From positions 373,302,001-373,366,000 of the forward strand of contig OZ024742.1 of NCBI GenBank assembly GCA_964016885.1: 64,000 bases of DNA, read 5' to 3'. Below, in pieces: positions 1 to 12,700 of this stretch; within the stretch, counting starts at the first letter, position 1, and each line of letters begins with the position of its first letter. The DNA is from Eledone cirrhosa. Taxonomy: Eukaryota. Position numbers and translations under genes: made by a program. Below the pieces are notes generated by a model. It searched no databases. It was given only the letters and a program-made list of their open reading frames with translations, and was not told the DNA's origin.

Positions 1-354
1 TACCTCTGATAGTCCCACAAGCCACATACCTCTGATAGTCCCACAAGCCACATATTAGTCTGATAGTCCCACAGGTCACATACCTCTGATAGTCCCACAA
101 GCCACATACCTCTGATAGTCCCACAAGCCACATATTAGTCTGATAGTCCCACAAGCCACATATTAGTCTAATAGTCCCACAAACCACATAGTTCTGATAG
201 TCCCACAAGCCACATACTGCTGATAGTCACACAAGCCACATATTGGTCTGATAGTCCCACAAGTCACATACCTCTGATAGTCCCATAAGCCACATATTAG
301 TCTGATAGTCCCACAAGCCACATACATCTGATAGTCCTACAAGCCACATACCTC

Positions 355-960
355 TAATAGTCCCACAAGCCACATACCTCTGATAGTCCCACAAGCCACA
401 TACCTCTGATAGTCTCACAAGCCACATACCTCTGATAGTCCCACTAGCCACATACCTCTGATAGTCCCACAAGCTACATACCTCTCATAGTCCCACAAGC
501 CACATACCTCTCATAGTCCAACACGCCACATATTAGTTTGATAGTCCCACAAGCCACATACCTCTGATAGTCCCACAAACCACATACCTCTGATAGTCCC
601 ACAAGCCGCATATTAGTCTGATAGTCCCACAGGTCACATATCTCTGATAGTCCCACAAGCCACATACCTCTGATAGTCCCACAAGCCACATACCTCTGAT
701 AGTCCCACAATCCACATACCTCTGATAGTCTCACAAGCCACATACCTCTGATAGTCCCACTAGCCACATACCTCTGATAGTCCCACAAGCTACATACCTC
801 TCATAGTCCCACAAGCCACATACCTCTCATAGTCCAACACGCCACATATTAGTTTGATAGTCCCACAAGCCACATACCTCTGATAGTCCCACAAACCACA
901 TACCTCTGATAGTCCCACAAGCCACATATTAGTCTGATAGTCCCACAGGTCATATACCTC
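355..960. repeat. 316-bp (12-monomer) tandem duplication of a variant cassette
   Basis: The marker string tctcac / cccactag / gctaca / ctctcat / ccaacacg / tattagttt occurs at about 412-540 and again at about 729-856. ORF ends at 474 and 790 differ by 316. The same doublet is at 8946/9262, 11466/11782, 12976/13292 and 19158/19474. Confidence 0.9.
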
Positions 961-2639
961 TGATAGTCCATCAAGCCACATACCTCTGATAGTCCCACAA
1001 GCCACATACCTCTGATAGTCCCACAAGCCACATACCTCTGATAGTCCCACAAGCCACATATTAGTCTGATAGTCCCACAAGCCACATACCTCTGATAGTC
1101 CCACAAGCCACATACCTCTGATAGTTCCACAAGCCACATATTAGTCTGATAGTCCCACAAGTCACATACCTCTGATAGTCCCACAGGCCACATATTAGTC
1201 TGATAGTCCCACAAGCCACATACCTCTGATAGTCCCACAAGTCACATGCCTCTAATAGTCCCACAATTCACATACCTCTGATAGTCCCACAGGCCACATA
1301 TTAGTCTGATAGTCCCACAAGCCACATACCTCTGATAGTCCCACAAGCCACATACCTCTGATAGTCCCACAAACCACATACCTCTGATAGTCCCACAAGC
1401 CACATACCTCTGATAGTCCCACAAGCCACATATTTGTCTGATAGTCCCACAGGTCACATACCTCTGATAGTCCCACAAGCCACATACCTCTGATAGTCCC
1501 ACAAGTCACATGCCTCCGATAGTCCCACAAGCCACATATTAGTCTGATAGTCTTACAAGCCACATACCTCTGATAGTCCCACAAGCCACATACCTCTAGT
1601 AGTCCCACAAGCCACATACCTCTAGTAGTCCCACAAGTCACATACCTCTGATAGTCCCACAAGTCACATACCTCTGATAGTCCCACAAGCCACATATTAG
1701 TCTGATAGTCCCACAAGTCACATACCTCTGATAGTCCCACAAGCCACATATTAGTCTGATAGTCCCACAAGTCACATACCTTTGATAGTCCCACAAGCCA
1801 CATATTAATCTGATAGTCCCAAAAGCCACATACCTCTGATAGTCCCACAAGCCACATATTAGTCTGATAGTCCCACAAGCCACATACCTCTGATAGTCCC
1901 GCAAGCCACATACCTCTGATAGTCCCACAAGCCACATACCTCTGATAGTCCCACAAGCCACATACCTCTGATAGTCCCACAAGTCACATACCTCTGATAG
2001 TCCTACAAGCCACATATTAATCTGATAGTCCCACAAGCCACATACTTCTGATAGTCCCACAAGCCACAAACCTCTGATAGTCCCACAAGCCACATATTAG
2101 TGTGATAGTCCCACAAGCCACATACCTCTGATAGTCCCACAGGCCACATACTGCTGATAGTCCCACAAGACACATATTAGTCTGATAGTCCCACAAGTCA
2201 CATACCTCTGATAGTCCCACAAGCCACATACCTCTGATAGTCCCACAAGCCACATACCTCTGATAGTCCCACAAGCCACATATTCGTCTGATAGTCCCAC
2301 AAGTCACATACCTCTGATAGTCCCACAAGCCACATATTCGTCTGATAGTCCCACAAGTCACATACCTCCGATAGTCCCACAAGCCACATATTCGTCTGAT
2401 AGTCCCACAAGTCACATACCTCTGATAGTCCCACAAACCACATACCTCTGATAGTCCCACAAGCCACATACCTCTGATAGTCCCACAAGCCACATATTCG
2501 TCTGATAGTCCCACAAGCCACATACCTCTGATAGTCCCACAAGTCACATACCTCCGATAGTCCCACAAGCCACATATTAGTCTGATAGTCTTACAAGCCA
2601 CATACCTCTGATAGTCCCACAAGCCACATACCTCTAATA

Positions 2640-5600
2640 GTCCCACAAGTCACATACCTCTGATAGTCCCACAAGTCACATACCTCTGATAGTCCCACAA
2701 GCCACATATTAGTCTGATAGTCCCACAAGCCACATATTAGTCTAATAGTCCCACAAACCACATAGTTCTGATAGTCCCACAAGCCACATACTTCTGATAG
2801 TCCCACAAGCCACATACTGCTGATAGTCCCACAAGCCACATATTGGTTTGATAGTCCCACAAGTCACATACCTCTGATAGTCCCATAAGCCACATATTAG
2901 TCTGATAGTCCCACAAGCCACATACATCTGATAGTCCCACAAGCCACATACCTCTGATAGTCCCACAAGCCACATACCTCTGATAGTCCCACAAGCCACA
3001 TACCTCTGATAGTCCCACAAGCCACATATTAGTCTGATAGTCCCACAGGTCACATACCTCTGATAGTCCCACAAGCCACATACCTCTGATAGTCCCACAA
3101 GCCACATATTAGTGTGATAGTCCCACAAGCCACATACCTCTGATAGTCCCACAAAACACATACCTCTGATAGTCCCACAAGCCACATACATATGATAGTC
3201 CCACAAGCCACATATTCGTCTGATAGTCCCACAAGCCACATACCTCTGATAGTCCCACAAGCCACATACCTCTGATAGTCCCACAAGTCACATACCTCCG
3301 ATAGTCCCACAAGCCACATATTAGTCTGATAGTCTTACAAGCCACATACCTCTGATAGTCCCACAAGCCACATACCTCTAATAGTCCCACAAGTCACATA
3401 CCTCTGATAGTCCCACAAGTCACATACCTCTGATAGTCCCACAAGCCACATATTAGTCTGATAGTCCCACAAGCCACATATTAGTCTAATAGTCCCACAA
3501 ACCACATAGTTCTGATAGTCCCACAAGCCACATACTTCTGATAGTCCCACAAGCCACATACTGCTGATAGTCACACAAGCCACATATTGGTCTGATAGTC
3601 CCACAAGTCACATACCTCTGATAGTCCCATAAGCCACATATTAGTCTGATAGTCCCACAAGCCACATACATCTGATAGTCCTACAAGCCACATACCTCTG
3701 ATAGTCCCCCAAGCCACATACCTCTGATAGTCCCACAAGCCACATACCTCTGATAGTCCCACAAGCCACAAATTAGTCTGATAGTCCCACAAGTCACATA
3801 CCTCTGATAGTCCCACAAGCTACATATTAGTCTGATAGTCCCACAAGTCACATACCTCTGATAGTCCCACAAGCCACATAACTCTGATAGTCCATCAAGC
3901 CACATACCTCTGATAGTCCCACAAGCCACATACCTCTGATAGTCCCACAAGCCACATACCTCTGATAGTCCCACAAGCCACATATTAGTCTGATAGTCCC
4001 ACAAGCCACATACCTCTGATAGTCCCACAAGCCACATACCTCTGATAGTTCCACAAGCCACATATTAGTCTGATAGTCCCACAAGTCACATACCTCTGAT
4101 AGTCCCACAGGCCACATATTAGTCTGATAGTCCCACAAGCCACATACCTCTGATAGTCCCACAAGTCACATGCCTCTAATAGTCCCACAATTCACATACC
4201 TCTGATAGTCCCACAGGCCACATATTAGTCTGATAGTCCCACAAGCCACATACCTCTGATAGTCCCACAAACCACATACCTCTGATAGTCCCACAAGCCA
4301 CATACCTCTGATAGTCCCACAAGCCACATATTCGTCTGATAGTCCCACAAGTCACATACCTCTGATAGTCCCACAAGCCACATATTAGTCTGATAGTCCC
4401 ACAAGTCACATACCTCCGATAGTCCCACAAGCCACATATTCGTCTGATAGTCCCACAAGTCACATACCTCTGATAGTCCTACAAACCACATACCTCTGAT
4501 AGTCCCACAAGTCACATACCTCTGATAGTCCCACAAGTCACATACCTCTGATAGTCCCACAAGCCACATATTAGTCTGATAGTCCCACAAGCGACATATT
4601 AGTCTAATAGTCCCACAAACCACATAGTTCTGATAGTCCCACAAGCCACATACTTCTGATAGTCCCACAAGCCACATACTGCTGATAGTCCCACATGCCA
4701 CATATTGGTTTGATAGTCCCACAAGTTACATACCTCTGATAGTCCCATAAGCCACATATTAGTCTGATAGTCCCACAAGCCACATACATCTGATAGTCCC
4801 ACAAGCCACATACCTCTGATAGTCCCACAAGCCACATACCTCTGATAGTTCCACAAGCCACATACCTCTGATAGTCCCACAAGCCACATATTAGTCTGAT
4901 AGTCCAACAAGTCACATACCTCTGATAGTCCCACAAGCTACATATTAGTCTGATAGTCCCACAAGTCACATACCTCTGATAGTCCCACAAGCCACATAAC
5001 TCTGATAGTCCATCAAGCCACATACCTCTGATAGTCCCACAAGCCACATACCTCTGATAGTCCCACAAGCCACATACCTCTGATAGTCCCACAAGCCACA
5101 TATTAGTCTGATAGTCCCACAAGCCACATACCTCTGATAGTCCCACAAGCCACATACCTCTGATAGTTCCACAAGCCACATATTAGTCTGATAGTCCCAC
5201 AAGTCACATACCTCTGATAGTCCCACAGGCCACATATTAGTCTGATAGTCCCACAAGCCACATACCTCTGATAGTCCCACAAGTCACATGCCTCTAATAG
5301 TCCCACAATTCACATACCTCTGATAGTCCCACAGGCCACATATTAGTCTGATAGTCCCACAAGCCACATACCTCTGATAGTCCCACAAGCCACATACCTC
5401 TGATAGTCCCACAAACCACATACCTCTGATAGTCCCACAAGCCACATACCTCTGATAGTCCCACAAGCCACATATTCGTCTGATAGTCCCACAAGTCACA
5501 TACCTCTGATAGTCCCACAAGCCACATATTAGTCTGATAGTCCCACAAGTCACATACCTCCGATAGTCCCACAAGCCACATATTCGTCTGATAGTCCCAC

Positions 5601-6780
5601 AAGTCACATACCTCTGATAGTCCCACAAACCACATACCTCTGATAGTCCCACAAGTCACATACCTCTGATAGTCCCACAAGTCACATACCTCTGATAGTC
5701 CCACAAGCCACATATTAGTCTGATAGTCCCACAAGCGACATATTAGTCTAATAGTCCCACAAACCACATAGTTCTGATAGTCCCACAAGCCACATACTTC
5801 TGATAGTCCCACAAGCCACATACTGCTGATAGTCCCACAAGCCACATATTGGTTTGATAGTCCCACAAGTCACATACCTCTGATAGTCCCATAAGCCACA
5901 TATTAGTCTGATAGTCCCACAAGCCACATACATCTGATAGTCCCACAAGCCACATACCTCTGATAGTCCCACAAGCCACATACCTCTGATAGTCCCACAA
6001 GCCACATACCTCTGATAGTCCCACAAGCCACATATTAGTCTGATAGTCCCACAGGTCACATACCTCTGATAGTCCCACAAGCCACATACCTCTGATAGTC
6101 CCACAAGCCACATATTAGTGTGATAGTCCCACAAGCCACATACCTCTGATAGTCCCACGAAACACATACCTCTGATAGTCCCACAAGCCACATACATATG
6201 ATAGTCCCACATGCCACATATTCGTCTGATAGTCCCACAAGCCACATACCTCTGATAGTCCCACAAGCCACATACCTCTGATAGTCCCACAAGTCACATA
6301 CCTCCGATAGTCCCACAAGCCACATATTAGTCTGATAGTCTTACAAGCCACATACCTCTGATAGTCCAACAAGCCACATACCTCTAATAGTCCCACAAGT
6401 CACATACCTCTGATAGTCCCACAAGTCACATACCTCTGATAGTCCCACAAGCCACATATTAGTCTGATAGTCCCACAAGCCACATATTAGTCTAATAGTC
6501 CCACAAACCACATAGTTCTGATAGTCCCACAAGCCACATACTTCTGATAGTCCCACAAGCCACATACTGCTGATAGTCACACAAGCCACATATTGGTCTG
6601 ATAGTCCCACAAGTCACATACCTCTGATAGTCCCATAAGCCACATATTAGTCTGATAGTCCCACAAGCCACATACATCTGATAGTCCTACACGCCACATA
6701 CCTCTGATAGTCCCACAAGCCACATACCTCTGATAGTCCCACAAGCCACATACCTCTGATAGTCCCACAAGCCACATACC
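2640..6780. repeat. Block of about 1.1 kb repeated at 3006-bp offset (about 2640-3770 and 5646-6780)
   Basis: Near-identical ORF pairs 2737/5743, 2742/5748, 3050/6056, 3109/6115, 3335/6341 and 3486/6492 all differ by 3006. Confidence 0.88.
3750..6040. repeat. Tandem duplication of about 1.12-1.14 kb; the copies differ by one 26-bp monomer
   Basis: ORF pairs 3848/4966, 3985/5103 and 4166/5284 differ by 1118, and 4599/5743 differs by 1144 (1118+26). Both copies carry the gcgacatattagtctaat marker. Confidence 0.85.
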
Positions 6781-9700
6781 TCTGATAGTCTCACAAGCCA
6801 CATACCTCTGATAGTCCCACTAGCCACATACCTCTGATAGTCCCACAAGCTGCATACCTCTCATAGTCCCACAAGCCACATACCTCTCATAGTCCAACAC
6901 GCCACATATTAGTTTGATAGTCCCACAAGCCACATACCTCTGATAGTCCCACAAACCACATACCTCTGATAGTCCCACAAGCCGCATATTAGTCTGATAG
7001 TCCCACAGGTCACATATCTCTGATAGTCCCACGAGCCACATACCTCTGATAGTCCCACAATCCACATACCTCTGATAGTCTCACAAGCCACATACCTCTG
7101 ATAGTCCCACTAGCCACATACCTCTGATAGTCCCACAAGCTACATACCTCTCATAGTCCCACAAGCCACATACCTCTCATAGTCCAACACGCCACATATT
7201 AGTTTGATAGTCCCACAAGCCACATACCTCTGATAGTCCCACAAACCACATACCTCTGATAGTCCCACAAGCCACATATTAGTCTGATAGTCCCACAGGT
7301 CACATACCTCTGATAGTCCATCAAGCCACATACCTCTGATAGTCCCACAAGCCACATACCTCTGATAGTCCCACAAGCCACATACCTCTGATAGTCCCAC
7401 AAGCCACATATTAGTCTGATAGTCCCACAAGCCACATACCTCTGATAGTCCCACAAGCCACATACCTCTGATAGTTCCACAAGCCACATATTAGTCTGAT
7501 AGTCCCACAAGTCACATACCTCTGATAGTCCCACAGGCCACATATTAGTCTGATAGTCCCACAAGCCACATACCTCTGATAGTCCCACAAGTCACATGCC
7601 TCTAATAGTCCCACAATTCACATACCTCTGATAGTCCCACAGGCCACATATTAGTCTGATAGTCCCACAAGCCACATACCTCTGATAGTCCCACAAGTCA
7701 CATACCTCTGATAGTCCCACAAGCCACATATTAGTCTGATAGTCCCACAAGTCACATGCCTCCGATAGTCCCACAAGCCACATATTCGTCTGATAGTCCC
7801 ACAACTCACATACCTCTGATAGTCCCACAAACCACATACCTCTGATAGTCCCACAAGCCACATACCTCTGATAGTCCCACAAGCCACATATTCGTCTGAT
7901 AGTCCCAGAAGCCACATACCTCTGATAGTCCCACAAGTCACATACCTCCGATAGTCCCACAAGCCACATATTAGTCTGATAGTCTTACAAGCCACATACC
8001 TCTGATAGTCCCACAAGCCACATACCTCTAATAGTCCCACAAGTCACATACCACTGATAGTCCCACAAGCCACATATTAGTCTGATAGTCCCACAAGCGA
8101 CATATTAGTCTAATAGTCCCACAAACCACATAGTTCTGATAGTCCCACAAGCCACATACTTCTGATAGTCCCACAAGCCACATACTGCTGATAGTCCCAC
8201 AAGCCACATATTGGTTTGATAGTCCTACAAGTCACATACCTCTGATAGTCCCATAAGCCACATATTAGTCTGATAGTCCCACAAGCCACATACATCTGAT
8301 AGTCCCACAAGCCACATACCTCTGATAGTCCCACAAGCCACATACCTCTGATAGTCCCACAAGCCACATACCTCTGATAGTCCCACAAGCCACATATTAG
8401 TCTGATAGTCCCACAGGTCACATACCTCTGATACTCCCACAAGCCACATACCTCTGATAGTCCCACAAGCCACATATTAGTGTGATAGTCCCACAAGCCA
8501 CATACCTCTGATAGTCCCACAAAACATACCTCTGATAGTCCCACAAGCCACATATTAGTCTGATAGTCCCACAAGCCACATATTAGTCTAATAGTCCCAC
8601 AAACCACATAGTTCTGATAGTCCCACAAGCCACATACTTCTGATAGTCCCACAAGCCACATACTGCTGATAGTCACACAAGCCACATATTGGTCTGATAG
8701 TCCCACAAGTCACATACCTCTGATAGTCCCATAAGCCACATATTAGTCTGATAGTCCCACAAGCCACATACATCTGATAGTCCTACAAGCCACATACCTC
8801 TGATAGTCCCACAAGCCACATACCTCTGATAGTCCCACAAGCCACATACCTCTGATAGTCCCACAAGCCACATACCTCTGATAGTCTCACAAGCCACATA
8901 CATCTGATAGTCCCACTAGCCACATACCTCTGATAGTCCCACAAGCTACATACCTCTCATAGTCCCACAAGCCACATACCTCTCATAGTCCAACACGCCA
9001 CATATTAGTTTGATAGTCCCACAAGCCACATACCTCTGATAGTCCCACAAACCACATACCTCTGATAGTCCCACAAGCCGCATATTAGTCTGATAGTCCC
9101 ACAGGTCACTTATCTCTGATAGTCCCACAAGCCACATACCTCTGATAGTCCCACAAGCCACATACCTCTGATAGTCCCACAATCCACATACCTCTGATAG
9201 TCTCACAAGCCACATACCTCTGATAGTCCCACTAGCCACATACCTCTGATAGTCCCACAAGCTACATACCTCTCATAGTCCCACAAGCCACATACCTCTC
9301 ATAGTCCAACACGCCACATATTAGTTTGATAGTCCCACAAGCCACATACCTCTGATAGTCCCACAAACCACATACCTCTGATAGTCCCACAAGCCACATA
9401 TTAGTCTGATAGTCCCACAGGTCACATACCTCTGATAGTCCATCAAGCCACATACCTCTGATAGTCCCACAAGCCACATACCTCTGATAGTCCCACAAGC
9501 CACATACCTCTGATAGTCCCACAAGCCACATATTAGTCTGATAGTCCCACAAGCCACATACCTCTGATAGTCCCACAAGCCACATACCTCTGATAGTTCC
9601 ACAAGCCACATATTAGTCTGATAGTCCCACAAGTCACATACCTCTGATAGTCCCACAGGCCACATATTAGTCTGATAGTCCCACAAGCCACATACCTCTG

Positions 9701-12700
9701 ATAGTCCCACAAGTCACATGCCTCTAATAGTCCCACAATTCACATACCTCTGATAGTCCCACAGGCCACATATTAGTCTGATAGTCCCACAAGCCACATA
9801 CCTCTGATAGTCCCACAAGCCACATACCTCTGATAGTCCCACAAACCACATACCTCTGATAGTCCCACAAGCCACATACCTCTGATAGTCCCACAAGCCA
9901 CATATTCGTCTGATAGTCCCACAAGTCACATACCTCTGATAGTCCCACAAGCCACATATTCGTCTGATAGTCCCACAAGTCACATACCTCCGATAGTCCC
10001 ACAAGCCACATATTCGTCTGATAGTCCCACAAGTCACATACCTCTGATAGTCCCACAAACCACATACCTCTGATAGTCCCACAAGCCACATACCTCTGAT
10101 AGTCCCACAAGCCACATATTCGTCTGATAGTCCCACAAGCCACATACCTCTGATAGTCCCACAAGTCACATACCTCCGATAGTCCCACAAGCCACATATT
10201 AGTCTGATAGTCTTACAAGCCACATACCTCTGATAGTCCCACAAGCCACATACCTCTAATAGTCCCACAAGTCACATACCTCTGATAGTCCCACAAGTCA
10301 CATACCTCTGATAGTCCCACAAGCCACATAATAGTCTGATAGTCCCACAAGCGACATATTAGTCTAATAGTCCCACAAACCACATAGTTCTGATAGTCCC
10401 ACAAGCCACATACTTCTGATAGTCCCACAAGCCACATACTGCTGATAGTCCCACAAGCCACATATTGGTTTGATAGTCCCACAAGTCACATACCTCTGAT
10501 AGTCCCATAAGCCACATATTAGTCTGATAGTCCCACAAGCCACATACATCTGATAGTCCCACAAGCCACATACCTCTGATAGTCCCACAAGCCACATACC
10601 TCTGATAGTCCCACAAGCCACATACCTCTGATAGTCCCACAAGCCACATATTAGTCTGATAGTCCCACAGGTCACATACCTCTGATAGTCCCACAAGCCA
10701 CATACCTCTGATAGTCCCACAAGCCACATATTAGTGTGATAGTTCCACAAGCCACATACCTCTGATAGTCCCACAAAACACATACCTCTGATAGTCCCAC
10801 AAGCCACATACATATGATAGTCCCACAAGCCACATATTCGTCTGATAGTCCCACAAGCCACATACCTCTGATAGTCCCACAAGCCACATACCTCTGATAG
10901 TCCTACAAGTCACATACCTCCGATAGTCCCACAAGCCACATATTAGTCTGATAGTCTTACAAGCCACATACCTCTGATAGTCCAACAAGCCACATACCTC
11001 TAATAGTCCCACAAGTCACATACCTATGATAGTCCCACAAGTCACATACCTCTGATAGTCCCACAAGCCACATATTAGTCTGATAGTCCCACAAGCCACA
11101 TATTAGTCTAATAGTCCCACAAACCACATAGTTCTGATAGTCCCACAAGCCACATACTTCTGATAGTCCCACAAGCCACATACTGCTGATAGTCACACAA
11201 GCCACATATTGGTCTGATAGTCCCACAAGTCACATACCTCTGATAGTCCCATAAGCCACATATTAGTCTGATAGTCCCACAAGCCACATACATCTGATAG
11301 TCCTACAAGCCACATACCTCTGATAGTCCCACAAGCCACATACCTCTGATAGTCCCACAAGCCACATACCTCTGATAGTCCCACAAGCCACATACCTCTG
11401 ATAGTCTCACAAGCCACATACCTCTGATAGTCCCACTAGCCACATACCTCTGATAGTCTCACAAGCTACATACCTCTCATAGTCCCACAAGCCACATACC
11501 TCTCATAGTCCAACACGCCACATATTAGTTTGATAGTCCCACAAGCCACATACCTCTGATAGTCCCACAAACCACATACCTCTGATAGTCCCACAAGCCG
11601 CATATTAGTCTGATAGTCCCACAGGTCACATATCTCTGATAGTCCCACAAGCCACATACCTCTGATAGTCCCACAAGCCACATACCTCTGATAGTCCCAC
11701 AATCCACATACCTCTGATAGTCTCACAAGCCACATACCTCTGATACTCCCACTAGCCACATACCTCTGATAGTCCCACAAGCTACATACCTCTCATAGTC
11801 CCACAAGCCACATACCTCTCATAGTCCAACACGCCACATATTAGTTTGATAGTCCCACAAGCCACATACCTCTGATAGTCCCACAAACCACATACCTCTG
11901 ATAGTCCCACAAGCCACATATTAGTCTGATAGTCCCACAGGTCACATACCTCTGATAGTCCATCAAGCCACATACCTCTGATAGTCCCACAAGCCACATA
12001 CCTCTGATAGTCCCACAAGCCACATACCTCTGATAGTCCCACAAGCCACATATTAGTCTGATAGTCCCACAAGCCACATACCTCTGATAGTCCCACAAGC
12101 CACATACCTCTGATAGTTCCACAAGCCACATATTAGTCTGATAGTCCCACAAGTCACATACCTCTGATAGTCCCACAGGCCACATATTAGTCTGATAGTC
12201 CCACAAGCCACATACCTCTGATAGTCCCACAAGTCACATGCCTCTAATAGTCCCACAATTCACATACCTCTGATAGTCCCACAGGCCACATATTAGTCTG
12301 ATAGTCCCACAAGCCACATACATATGATAGTCCCACAAGCCACATATTCGTCTGATAGTCCCACAAGCCACATACCTCTGATAGTCCCACAAGCCACATA
12401 CCTCTGATAGTCCTACAAGTCACATACCTCCGATAGTCCCACAAGCCACATATTAGTCTGATAGTCTTACAAGCCACATACCTCTGATAGTCCAACAAGC
12501 CACATACCTCTAATAGTCCCACAAGTCACATACCTCTGATAGTCCCACAAGTCACATACCTCTGATAGTCCCACAAGCCACATATTAGTCTGATAGTCCC
12601 ACAAGCCACATATTAGTCTAATAGTCCCACAAACCACATAGTTCTGATAGTCCCACAAGCCACATACTTCTGATAGTCCCACAAGCCACATACTGCTGAT

